Shown: positions 7,362-15,749, counted from the first letter of the stretch. The stretch: 16,629 nt of DNA from Pseudobdellovibrionaceae bacterium (GCA_041288045.1 JBGGMM010000074.1:1-16629), one strand, 5' to 3'. Numbers and translations: made by a program. Notes: generated by a model from the sequence alone, not told the origin.

Positions 7362-9182
7362 ATGAACCAGCAACGCACTTTCCGACAGATTCGGCGCCAT
7401 CTTTCCCGCTCTCGTGGCGTGATCTTGCGTGGACTGCTCTGCTGGGCCATTGGCTGTGTGATTTTATTAAATGATGAGGTCACTTCTTACGATCAGCGTC
7501 TTCAGCTGCGCGGAGACCAAAGCGTCAGCTCACAAATTGTGCTCATCACTTTATCCCCCTCGGACTTGATGCTGACGGATCGCTTGAGGGGACGCTCATT
7601 TGGACCTTTGGGTGAACTGACCGATATTACCGATAGCTTTTATTGGGATCAAAAGCTTTGGACGCAGCTGTTAACGAAAGTTCTCTTGCAAGAGCCAAAA
7701 AAAGTGGGAGTTTCGCTCTTCTTCAGTGAAAACCTCGGACCTTTAAAGCTGACATCAGATCAAAAGAAAATTCTCAAAGATGAGCGTGTGCTTTGGGGGA
7801 CTTCGACCTCTTTGTCTGAAAGGGTCAACCAACCTGTTCTTTCGGATGACACACGCTCAAACATCGGCTCCATTCAGCTGATCCGTGATGAAGATGGGGT
7901 CATTCGTCGGTTTCTCCCTTCTCATTCGGATTTCATCTCTCGACTGACCGGAAAGAGCTTGGACTGGAAAACCTCACGAATGATCAATTTTCGGGCAGCA
8001 GGCGGAAAATTTTTAGAATTCTCTCTTCAAGATCTGCTCGATGACCGCATTCCACCTAAAGCTCTCAGAGGAAAATATGTTCTCATCGGATCTGAAAGTG
8101 CTTCCAGCACTCAGTACCTGACGCCTTTGGGCTCCTCGCAACGCCATGAGGTTTTTGCTCAGATTCTTGATAACACTTTGGAAAATCGTTGGATTTATCG
8201 AGCGAGCAATTTGATCTACATGATTTTTTTGCTTCTTCCTCTGATGATTTTGAGCGTTTCTGTGATCACCGGCTACCCCCAGACAGTGGCCTTTGTCTTT
8301 ATGCTTTGGCTGGCCACTTTGGCTGCAGCTCTTTCCGCCTGGGTTTTTGATCTTTTCAGTATTTGGATTCCTGCTGTTTCTTCGGCCATGCAGCTTCTCA
8401 CAACTTGGGTGATTTTCATTGGGTATCAGGCCAATAAAATCGAAAGAAGAAACTGGCAACTGCAGCAGGAACAACTGTATCTAGCCGAATTGGAACAGCT
8501 CAAAAATAATTTCGTCTCACTGATCAGTCACGATTTGAAAACTCCAATTGCCAAAATCCAGGCCATCGTCGATCGGCTCTTAACAGATTCTGCCGCCCAG
8601 GCCTTTTCTTTGGATTTAAAATCTTTGCGTTCTTCCAGTGACGAATTGAGCAAATACATCCAAAGCATTCTCAAAGTTTTGCGCGTTGAGTCCCGGGATT
8701 TCCAACTGAACATAGAAGTGGGCGATATCAATGACACGATTCAAGAAGCGATCGAACAATTAAGCCCCTTGGCACGCGAAAAACAGATTCACATCCACTC
8801 GCAGTTGGAACCCATGTTCTCAATTGAAGCGGACTTCACATTGATGCGCGAAGTTCTGATCAATTTGCTTGAAAATGCCATCAAGTACACCCCTAGTGAG
8901 GGACAGATTTTCATTTCTTCCCAGGAAACCGGCAATAAAGTCTGGGTGGAAATCTTGGATACAGGCGAGGGAATCCCAGCTGAAGAAGTCGCCAATGTCT
9001 GGGGAAAATTTGTCCGCGGCAAAGATCAGGATCTTAAAACCAAGGGAACGGGATTGGGACTTTATCTGGTCAAATATTTCATTGAACTTCACGGCGGCGA
9101 AGTCTTTATGGAAAGTGATTTAAAAAAAGGGACCAAAGTGTCTTTCTCATTGCCACTTGAGGAAGCAGAGGGAGTAGCATGA
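7362..9182 (+). CDS. CHASE2-domain sensor histidine kinase
   Basis: N-terminal TM helix; CHASE2-like motifs IVLITL, GVSLFFSE, DEDGVIRR, GKYVLIGS and TPLG...HEVFAQILDN; three TM helices; H-box FVSLISHDLKTP, N-box NLLENAIKYT, G1 DTGEGIP, G2 GTGLGL. Start moved from 7137 (which overlaps ribF) to ATG 7362. Confidence 0.88.
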   Translation: MNQQRTFRQIRRHLSRSRGVILRGLLCWAIGCVILLNDEVTSYDQRLQLRGDQSVSSQIVLITLSPSDLMLTDRLRGRSFGPLGELTDITDSFYWDQKLWTQLLTKVLLQEPKKVGVSLFFSENLGPLKLTSDQKKILKDERVLWGTSTSLSERVNQPVLSDDTRSNIGSIQLIRDEDGVIRRFLPSHSDFISRLTGKSLDWKTSRMINFRAAGGKFLEFSLQDLLDDRIPPKALRGKYVLIGSESASSTQYLTPLGSSQRHEVFAQILDNTLENRWIYRASNLIYMIFLLLPLMILSVSVITGYPQTVAFVFMLWLATLAAALSAWVFDLFSIWIPAVSSAMQLLTTWVIFIGYQANKIERRNWQLQQEQLYLAELEQLKNNFVSLISHDLKTPIAKIQAIVDRLLTDSAAQAFSLDLKSLRSSSDELSKYIQSILKVLRVESRDFQLNIEVGDINDTIQEAIEQLSPLAREKQIHIHSQLEPMFSIEADFTLMREVLINLLENAIKYTPSEGQIFISSQETGNKVWVEILDTGEGIPAEEVANVWGKFVRGKDQDLKTKGTGLGLYLVKYFIELHGGEVFMESDLKKGTKVSFSLPLEEAEGVA

Positions 9183-10588
9183 AACAGAACATGTCTGTCT
9201 TGATCGTTGATGATGAAGCGGAACTTCGAAAAAGCGTGATAACGATTCTGACCACTTCGATTCCTGAAGTGGAGTTTCAGATTCAAGAAGCCTCCTCGGG
9301 AAAAGAAGCCATTGCCACATTTGAAAAGGGAGATTTTGATCTGGTGGTCATGGACGTTCGCATGCCTGAAATGAATGGGCTCGAGGCCCTGAAACACATC
9401 AAAGAAAGCGATCCTCGCACATTTGTCGTGATCATGACAGCTCATAGCAACCTGCAAGACGCCATCACGGCTATTAAAGATGGGGCTTATGATTACGTCG
9501 AAAAACCAGTCAATGCCCAAAGACTTGCCGAAATCGTTCGCAAATCTCTGGAAGCTCGCGAGATGGTATCCAGTCTGGCTCTTTCCAATCCGATTTTTGA
9601 CGACGATGTGGATTCAGAATTCGTCGGACATTCCCAAAAAATGAAAGAAGTCTTTCATTTGATTTACAAACTTTGCAAAGTCGACACAACAGTTTTGATT
9701 CGCGGGGAAAATGGCACCGGCAAAGAACTGGTGGCTCGCGCCATTCATTACAATTCGCCTCGAAAAAGCGGCTCTTTCATTGCCATCAACTGTGGCGCCA
9801 TTCCTGAGAATTTGATGGAGAGCGAGCTCTTCGGTCATGAAAAAGGCTCATTCACCGGGGCTACGGAAAGAAAAATCGGAAAATTCCAAGTGGCTAACAA
9901 CGGGACTTTGTTCCTGGATGAAATTGGCGAGCTTCGCCCGGATATGCAAGTGAAACTGCTGCGAGTGCTGCAAGAGAAAAAATTTCTTCCAGTTGGCAGC
10001 AATCGCGAAGTCAAAAGCAATGCCCGCATCATTGCCGCCACCAACCGAAATCTCGAAAAAATGATCGAAGAAAGTGATTTTCGCGAAGATCTTTTTTACC
10101 GTTTGAACGTCATGCCGATCTTCTTGCCCCCATTGCGGGATCGCAAGGATGACATCCCGGCTTTGGTTCAACATTTCATCAAGAAATTTTCCAAATCCCA
10201 CCACTCGCCGATTCAAAGCATTCATGCCCAGGCACTTGAAACTTTGAAAAATTACCGCTGGCCTGGAAATATCCGTGAATTGGAAAATGCGATTGAGAGA
10301 GCTTTCATTGTCGAAAATTCGACACAGATTCAAACTGCCAGCTTGCCGGAAGCCGTTCGCCAGGTCGAAGTTCCAGTGAAAACCGGCAAAGGTGCCGCTG
10401 AATCCGAAAGCCAGCTTTTGGATTTTGAAGTTTTCAAGGAACAGGCGGAAAAAGATTTTATCATTTCAGCTTTGAAAGCCAATAGAGGTCGCATCAATCA
10501 GACTGTGGCTCAGGCGAATATTCCAAAAAACACTTTGCTTCGGAAAATCAAAAAATACGGGATCCAAGTCGAAGACTACAAAGACTGA
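9179..10588 (+). CDS. Sigma54-dependent response regulator (NtrC/AtoC family: REC, AAA+, HTH)
   Basis: REC VLIVDDE...VVMDVRMP...EKP; Walker A GENGTGKE; ESELFGHEKGSFTGA; Walker B LFLDEIGE; FREDLFYRLNV; WPGNIRELEN; C-terminal HTH. ATGA overlap with the kinase stop. Confidence 0.95.
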   Translation: MKQNMSVLIVDDEAELRKSVITILTTSIPEVEFQIQEASSGKEAIATFEKGDFDLVVMDVRMPEMNGLEALKHIKESDPRTFVVIMTAHSNLQDAITAIKDGAYDYVEKPVNAQRLAEIVRKSLEAREMVSSLALSNPIFDDDVDSEFVGHSQKMKEVFHLIYKLCKVDTTVLIRGENGTGKELVARAIHYNSPRKSGSFIAINCGAIPENLMESELFGHEKGSFTGATERKIGKFQVANNGTLFLDEIGELRPDMQVKLLRVLQEKKFLPVGSNREVKSNARIIAATNRNLEKMIEESDFREDLFYRLNVMPIFLPPLRDRKDDIPALVQHFIKKFSKSHHSPIQSIHAQALETLKNYRWPGNIRELENAIERAFIVENSTQIQTASLPEAVRQVEVPVKTGKGAAESESQLLDFEVFKEQAEKDFIISALKANRGRINQTVAQANIPKNTLLRKIKKYGIQVEDYKD

Positions 10589-11664
10589 GAAGGTGCTGTC
10601 CATTCATGCACGGCCTTTAAAACTTCGGCGGCCTGAATGCTCTTCATGCATTCATGTGTCCCGATGGGGCATTTGTGATGTCCATGTTTTCCGCAGGGTC
10701 GACATCCCAACCCTTTTCTCTCAACGACAATGGCTTTTGAATTCCAGGGCCGATAGCCAAAATCAAGAACCGTTGGTCCAAAAATACTCACGGTTGCAGC
10801 TTGCACCAAGGCTGCCATGTGTTGACCCGCGCTGTCGTTGGTGATCACCACGCTGGCCCTTGCTAAAAGTGACAGACTTTCTTGCAGGCTTGTCTGGCCG
10901 GCCAAAGATTTAGAATTGGGGATTTGCTGAGCGATTCTTTGAGCCAGCTCTTCTTCACCGGGGCCACCCATCACAAGAATGAAATGTCCCTCTTGCGAAA
11001 GTTTCTGGCCGACTTCGATAAATCCCGCTTCTGTCCACTGTTTGGTTTTCCAGACACTTCCGGGAAAAAGACAAATAAACCGCGCCGGCAGCTGGTGCTT
11101 CTCTTGAAGTGAAGAAAATGAAGACGAAAAAGTGGCCTGTGGCGATGCCCATTCTGGAACTGGCGAGAGCTGCCTTTTCCCTTGCCTGGGCCATTCCAAA
11201 TCCTGGCGTCTGAAATCCTGCAATTGCTTTTTAAGAGTCGGATCATGCTCCTGCAACAAAGACATCTGGCGAAGAGCATCTGGAAGGCTTTTCTCTTTGC
11301 GAATCCTTTCTCCAAAAAAAGCGAAATTCCACCAACTGCGAAAACCAATCTTCGTTTTGGCTTTCACTTTTCGCGCAAAAAGAGCGGATGTCAGGGATTC
11401 ATGTGGAGAGAGAAGCAGATCGAATTCCCAACTGGAAAGCGCTTGCAGCGCCGCTTTGTAGGAAGCTTTGTCCTTTTTTTGAATCTCGTAGATCTTTTCC
11501 ACCAGCTGGCAATCTTTAAGAAGCGAGCCGAAACCCTTCCGGCAAACAAGGGAAATTTCACAATTGGGAAACTTTGTGCGCAGATATTTAAAAAGAGGGA
11601 CAGTGAGGAGCAAGTCCCCTAAAAAAGCGGTTTGAATAACGAGAATTCGTTTTGTCGGCACCAA
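10576..11664 (-). CDS. GT9 ADP-heptose:LPS heptosyltransferase (WaaF-like)
   Basis: ILVIQTAFLGDLLL (catalytic Asp retained), PGSVWKTKQW, LAGQTSL, NDSAGQHMAA, IFGPT and C-terminal CRPC...C...C. Start is TTG 11664 or GTG 11661. Confidence 0.88.
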   Translation of the reverse strand: MVPTKRILVIQTAFLGDLLLTVPLFKYLRTKFPNCEISLVCRKGFGSLLKDCQLVEKIYEIQKKDKASYKAALQALSSWEFDLLLSPHESLTSALFARKVKAKTKIGFRSWWNFAFFGERIRKEKSLPDALRQMSLLQEHDPTLKKQLQDFRRQDLEWPRQGKRQLSPVPEWASPQATFSSSFSSLQEKHQLPARFICLFPGSVWKTKQWTEAGFIEVGQKLSQEGHFILVMGGPGEEELAQRIAQQIPNSKSLAGQTSLQESLSLLARASVVITNDSAGQHMAALVQAATVSIFGPTVLDFGYRPWNSKAIVVERKGLGCRPCGKHGHHKCPIGTHECMKSIQAAEVLKAVHEWTAPSQSL

Positions 11665-12767
11665 TCTTCTGTTCCCTGAAAAATGGCTTGGAGAATGCTC
11701 CCCAAGTCGACCTGATCATAACACATCTGGGCTTTGTCACAAGATCTCTTCCAACAGGGCCCGCAAGCAGCCTGTGACTGAATTTTTACACCTTTTCCAT
11801 AGAGTTCAATTTCTTGAGCGCAAGTCGGACCAAACCAGGCAATGACAAATTTGCTTTGTGAAATCGCCATGTGCATCCCTAAGCTGTCACCTGTCACGAC
11901 CAAATCACAAGCAGCCACGCTGACCAAACCATCTCGAAGCCCCAGACCCGTTGAGCTTTGAAATATTGGAAGTCCCTGCCCAATCTGCTGATTGCGGATT
12001 TCATCTTCAGGCCCTCCGAGAAGAACTAAATTTTCAAATCCAGAATCCAGGAAAGCTTGAATCATCCGTCGCTGGTATTCCACTGTGAGCTTTTTTGCTG
12101 GGATCACATTCGCACAGCCTGTGTTGATTCCAATCACCGGCTGCCGAAAATTCAGACTCCACTGTTTCTTTCTTTGCGAGCAAAGTCTGGCTTCCAAATC
12201 ACTGAGGGGCAGATCATAAGCAGGCAAGGGCATCGGGCCCAGCTCCAGAGCTTCACAGATCAGTTGGATTTCAGTTTTTTGATTTTGAAAAAATTTTTTC
12301 TCGTCATTTAATCCCAGGCTCCAAAGCTCAGTTGCCGCTGGAGTTGCCGGCAAAATGGCGCCCGTTCTGGCCTCGGCTCGAAAGCCATAAACCTGCTTTG
12401 CCTTTGTTGATTTCAAGACCCCTGTCGCTTTGAGAGATTTATCCACCACGAATGCCAGATCAAACTCAAGCGCCGAAAGCTGCAAAAGATCTTCAGACCC
12501 TGTCGTGAGAACTCGATCCACCAAAGGATGGTTCTTGAGAAGCTGCTGAGCTGGGGCATCCGTCACCCAAGTGATGAGAGATTGCGGATATTTTTCTTTG
12601 ATTTTCTGAAGCAGAGCTGTTGAGCGAACGACGGCTCCCAAAGCTCCCAAATGAATGAGTAGCACAGACTGATTCACTCGCTCAAAAGAAGGACAATCGG
12701 CGGAGCAATTCGAATTTTTGCCGCAAGGCTTGTAGCCATTGAAAAATCGGCACTGAGTTTGGAACAT
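11619..12767 (-). CDS. GT9 heptosyltransferase-like protein with N-terminal 4-Cys extension; canonical catalytic Asp replaced by Ala
   Basis: LLIHLGALGAVVRST, ITWVT, LLKNHPLVDRV, IGINTG, LLGGPED, VTGDSLGMH, WFGPT, CGPCWKRSC; located in the LPS operon. Confidence 0.85.
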   Translation of the reverse strand: MFQTQCRFFNGYKPCGKNSNCSADCPSFERVNQSVLLIHLGALGAVVRSTALLQKIKEKYPQSLITWVTDAPAQQLLKNHPLVDRVLTTGSEDLLQLSALEFDLAFVVDKSLKATGVLKSTKAKQVYGFRAEARTGAILPATPAATELWSLGLNDEKKFFQNQKTEIQLICEALELGPMPLPAYDLPLSDLEARLCSQRKKQWSLNFRQPVIGINTGCANVIPAKKLTVEYQRRMIQAFLDSGFENLVLLGGPEDEIRNQQIGQGLPIFQSSTGLGLRDGLVSVAACDLVVTGDSLGMHMAISQSKFVIAWFGPTCAQEIELYGKGVKIQSQAACGPCWKRSCDKAQMCYDQVDLGSILQAIFQGTEDWCRQNEFSLFKPLF

Positions 12768-12773
12768 CCCTTG

Positions 12774-12779
12774 ATTTTA
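12774..12779 (-). promoter_or_regulatory. Putative internal sigma70 -10 (TAAAAT) for the GT9 pair, leaderless geometry
   Basis: Minus strand TAAAAT-CAAGGG-ATG(12767), in the only intergenic gap of the LPS cluster. No good -35. Confidence 0.45.
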
Positions 12780-12801
12780 AAGGAGGATGCCTCAATTCCA
12801 C

Positions 12802-12820
12802 AGTCCAGCCCAAGTCCAGC
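12802..12820. repeat. 8-bp direct repeat AGTCCAGC x2, 11-bp period
   Basis: AGTCCAGC at 12802-12809 and 12813-12820 in intergenic DNA. Confidence 0.6.
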
Positions 12821-12833
12821 TTTCCTTTGAAAT

Positions 12834-13910
12834 TTAGCGTCCTGGCTTGATTTCGATGACTTCAGAGACCAAAGTCCCGATTTTGATTTTGGATTCAATG
12901 CGAAGAATGTATTTGCGGTCATCGTCACTGAGCCAGATGTAGTTGTCGCCAACTGGATTGAACTTTCCCTTCAGTTCAATTTCAGGGCGAATCACAATGG
13001 CGTCAAAGATACCGGCGTCTGTTTCCAGCCGCTCTTTGCGAACGGCTTTCCCTCTGAAAACCAGATTTTTCTCATCATCAGCAACATAAAATGCATTTTC
13101 TTTGCCGACTTCCCATTGAAAAGCCCGCATGTAAAAGGCCGCCGAAAAAACGTTCTGTGCATAAGGCTGGATTTCCCACTGCTGCTTTTTCTGTTCTTCT
13201 CCGCTTTTGTCAGTGACTTTCTTTTCCCAATAAGTGGCCGTGCTTTTCTGATGATCAAAGAGCATCCGGCCCTCTCGCAACTGAGAAGTCTCTTTCACGT
13301 GCAATGTGAAAACACTGGGAACCATTTCTTCAAAATCCATCAACACATCGACATGATCATCAACTGCATAGAATGAAGAGAAAAAAGAAGCCGTCTTGAT
13401 GGATGTTCGAAATTGATAATTTTTTCGCCCGTTCACTTCGGCAAAGGAGCGGGTTTCAAGCTCTAAAGTTCCAGCTTTCATTTTAAAATAATTCACCGAA
13501 TGAACGACCTTTTCACCGACACGGAAGGGATCCTTCAAAGGCCGACGCCCCTCAAAACCAAGATCACTTTCAATTTCAGGCTGGCGCTTTTGTGGCACCA
13601 CAGCTGCACTGCCCGCTTTGGGATTGGATTTTGAGGTCGTTTTTTTCTTTCCTGCTGCCTTCTTGTTTCCAGCAGGCGCAGCTGCCGAAGGAGAATTGAC
13701 CGCTGGAGGATTAACAGCTGGAGGCGCTGGAGTTGGCACTGGATCAGCTGAAGCTTCTGGCGGCGGCGGGACTTCGATGATCTTAACCTGCTGTTCAAAT
13801 TCTTGGTTTTCCTTCAGTTCCTCAGATTTTTCATATTTAAGGACTTTGGAAGCGCAAGCTCCAAGAATGAAAAGAACTGTTAAGAGGCAGGTTTTGTTGA
13901 GGCGATTCAT
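12834..13910 (-). CDS. DUF3108-like putative lipoprotein with Pro/Ala/Lys-rich linker
   Basis: ATG 13910 is in an ATGA overlap with the upstream stop. Signal peptide MNRLNKTCLLTVLFILGAC ends in lipobox-like LGAC. A low-complexity linker precedes a beta-rich domain with PFRVGEKVVHSVNY, KERLETDAGIFDAIVI and IWLSDDDRKYILRIESKIKIG, which resemble DUF3108. Confidence 0.75.
   Translation of the reverse strand: MNRLNKTCLLTVLFILGACASKVLKYEKSEELKENQEFEQQVKIIEVPPPPEASADPVPTPAPPAVNPPAVNSPSAAAPAGNKKAAGKKKTTSKSNPKAGSAAVVPQKRQPEIESDLGFEGRRPLKDPFRVGEKVVHSVNYFKMKAGTLELETRSFAEVNGRKNYQFRTSIKTASFFSSFYAVDDHVDVLMDFEEMVPSVFTLHVKETSQLREGRMLFDHQKSTATYWEKKVTDKSGEEQKKQQWEIQPYAQNVFSAAFYMRAFQWEVGKENAFYVADDEKNLVFRGKAVRKERLETDAGIFDAIVIRPEIELKGKFNPVGDNYIWLSDDDRKYILRIESKIKIGTLVSEVIEIKPGR
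13695..13724. repeat. 15-bp imperfect tandem duplication encoding PPAVN-PPAVN
   Basis: attgaccgctggagg / attaacagctggagg (2 mismatches), in frame within the lipoprotein linker. Confidence 0.7.
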
Positions 13911-14785
13911 TCCCATCTTTTCCACCGTCGATGCACCCACATCCATTGTTCCGGGTATTTACGGACAATCGATTCGACCCTGTCATTGTATTTTTGGGTC
14001 ATCAGGCGAATTTGTAAATCCTTATCTTCAATCTTTTCAACAATGACTTCTTCCTCAAAGACGACATGTGTCCGAAGCTCTGCATCCCGATAGGTATAAA
14101 CTGGCAAAACCGGCGCCTTCGTTTTCATGGCAAAGAGCGCGAGCCCATAAGCCGTTCCGGTTTTTTGACCAAAAAAAGTGGTCTCAATGCCATAGGGCCG
14201 ACCCATAAATTGATCAAGGACGAAGACCACGGCCTCATTTTGCTTACAAGCTTTGAGAATATCAAAGGCCAGACTGGGACCGTGGGGCTCTAAGAAGCGG
14301 GTTCCCATTTTTTCGCGGACTCCAAACCACAACTGATTGGCAAAAGCATTTCTGAATTTTTTCGAAATGACGTGCAATCGAAGGCCCGCTAAAGCCAAAG
14401 CCGCCAAGCCCACATCGCCATTTCCCAAATGCAAACTGAGAATGAGAACACCTTTGCCCTTGCTTCTTGCCCTTTCATAATTTTCAATCCCATGCAAAAC
14501 GACTCTCTGCTGGAGCCATTTTTGATTCATAAAAGGCAAAAGACAGAACTCGACAAAGTTATAGCAAAGATGGTGCATGGAAAGCCGAGCGAGGCGCTTT
14601 CGAGCTTCGAAGCTTTCATCAGGAAAGGCAATAGTTAAATTTTTCAGGATGGTGAATCTTCGAATCTTCAGAATATCAAACCAAAGTGTTCCAAGAAAAA
14701 CACCAAAAGCCCAGCGAAGTTGCCGGGGAAAAATCAAAAAAGAAAGGGCCAAACTAGTGGCGATGACATGAGTCCAAAAAGACAT
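13907..14785 (-). CDS. Lipid A late acyltransferase (LpxL/HtrB family)
   Basis: Catalytic HX4D motif HLGNGD, NLTIAFP, FVLDQ, FFG and PEQWMWVHRRWK; directly follows lpxK. Confidence 0.9.
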   Translation of the reverse strand: MSFWTHVIATSLALSFLIFPRQLRWAFGVFLGTLWFDILKIRRFTILKNLTIAFPDESFEARKRLARLSMHHLCYNFVEFCLLPFMNQKWLQQRVVLHGIENYERARSKGKGVLILSLHLGNGDVGLAALALAGLRLHVISKKFRNAFANQLWFGVREKMGTRFLEPHGPSLAFDILKACKQNEAVVFVLDQFMGRPYGIETTFFGQKTGTAYGLALFAMKTKAPVLPVYTYRDAELRTHVVFEEEVIVEKIEDKDLQIRLMTQKYNDRVESIVRKYPEQWMWVHRRWKRWE

Positions 14786-15749
14786 GAAGCTCTTTCGGTT
14801 CCGCTCGGAACTCGGTTTGTATACCGACAGGATTGAGAACTTGTGCCAGTTCTAAATCCGTCTGAAGTTTGTAAAAATCTTTCTCTGTCGTGAGAATCTG
14901 CTGAGCCCCGCTAAACCGGAAGGTTTCTAAAATTCGTTGCCGATCTCGAACGGAATAAGGGTGGTGATCAGAAAAAATCAAATGCTCACGAATTTGAAAT
15001 CCCAGTTGCCGGATAGAAGCTTCAAAAACCTTTGGCTTGGCAATGCCTGAAACCAAAGCGACTGGCGCTCCCGTTTCTAATGGCTTTAAAGGCCGCAAAT
15101 GAAACTCCAACTCATAAACCGGCAGTCCCGAAGGAATTTTCTTTTTCAAATTTTCGACTTGCTCTGAATGGGACCAATTCACTTTTGTCAGAATCACCGC
15201 AGAGGCTCTTTGCAGAGAAGAATAGCCTTCTCTCAGTCTCCCCACGGGTAGCAAAAAATCCTCGCTCTCTTCGACAGTTGTATCCAGTAAGACAATATCG
15301 AAATCGCGGTGCAAAGACCGATGCTGAAAGCCATCATCGACAACCAGAAGTTGACTGGACTCTTGCATCGACGCCACTTGGGCTGTGATGAATTTCTTCG
15401 GACCGGTCCACACGCTGAATGAGGGGAACGAGCGAGCGATCAAAAAAGCCTCATCCCCATAATAAAAAGCTCCCTCCGAAGAGTTGACATCAACTTTCTG
15501 GACACCACGACTTTGAGCTTTGTAGTTTCGTGAAACCACAGAAGCCGAAATTCCCCGACTCTGAACCATTTCAAGAATTTTCTGCACGACTGGAGTTTTG
15601 CCGGTTCCGCCAACGGAAAGATTGCCAACACTTAAAACTGCCGGGCGCACTTTTAAAGCATCCACCAGGCCCGTATCATAGAAAAAATTTTTTCCATCCA
15701 CTCCCAGTCCATACAGAGAAGCGAGCATTTCTTTGAGGTCCATTTTCAT
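14754..15749 (-). CDS. lpxK: Tetraacyldisaccharide 4'-kinase
   Basis: SVGNLSVGGTGKTP, SRNYK, GDEAFL, VVDDGFQH, LLPVGRLRE, DHHPY, TTEKD. ATGA overlap with the lpxB stop. Confidence 0.95.
   Translation of the reverse strand: MKMDLKEMLASLYGLGVDGKNFFYDTGLVDALKVRPAVLSVGNLSVGGTGKTPVVQKILEMVQSRGISASVVSRNYKAQSRGVQKVDVNSSEGAFYYGDEAFLIARSFPSFSVWTGPKKFITAQVASMQESSQLLVVDDGFQHRSLHRDFDIVLLDTTVEESEDFLLPVGRLREGYSSLQRASAVILTKVNWSHSEQVENLKKKIPSGLPVYELEFHLRPLKPLETGAPVALVSGIAKPKVFEASIRQLGFQIREHLIFSDHHPYSVRDRQRILETFRFSGAQQILTTEKDFYKLQTDLELAQVLNPVGIQTEFRAEPKELHVFLDSCHRH

Noticed and set aside
8769..8786. TTGGCACG resembling a sigma54 -24 element
   Set aside because: It is inside the kinase CDS and lacks TTGC at the -12 position.
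9841..9862. GSFTGA instead of GAFTGA as a sign of an inactive enhancer-binding protein
   Set aside because: GSFTGA is a known functional variant, and the other AAA+ motifs are intact.
12779..12837. Plus-strand AAAGGAGG followed by ATG opening a 16-codon ORF (12787-12837)
   Set aside because: The SD abuts the ATG with zero spacing and the ORF is antisense to the operon; better explained as the minus-strand stem.
13620..13775. GC-rich repetitive stretch as a possible CRISPR array or mobile element
   Set aside because: It is in-frame low-complexity Pro/Ala/Lys linker coding sequence with no repeat-spacer structure or terminal repeats.
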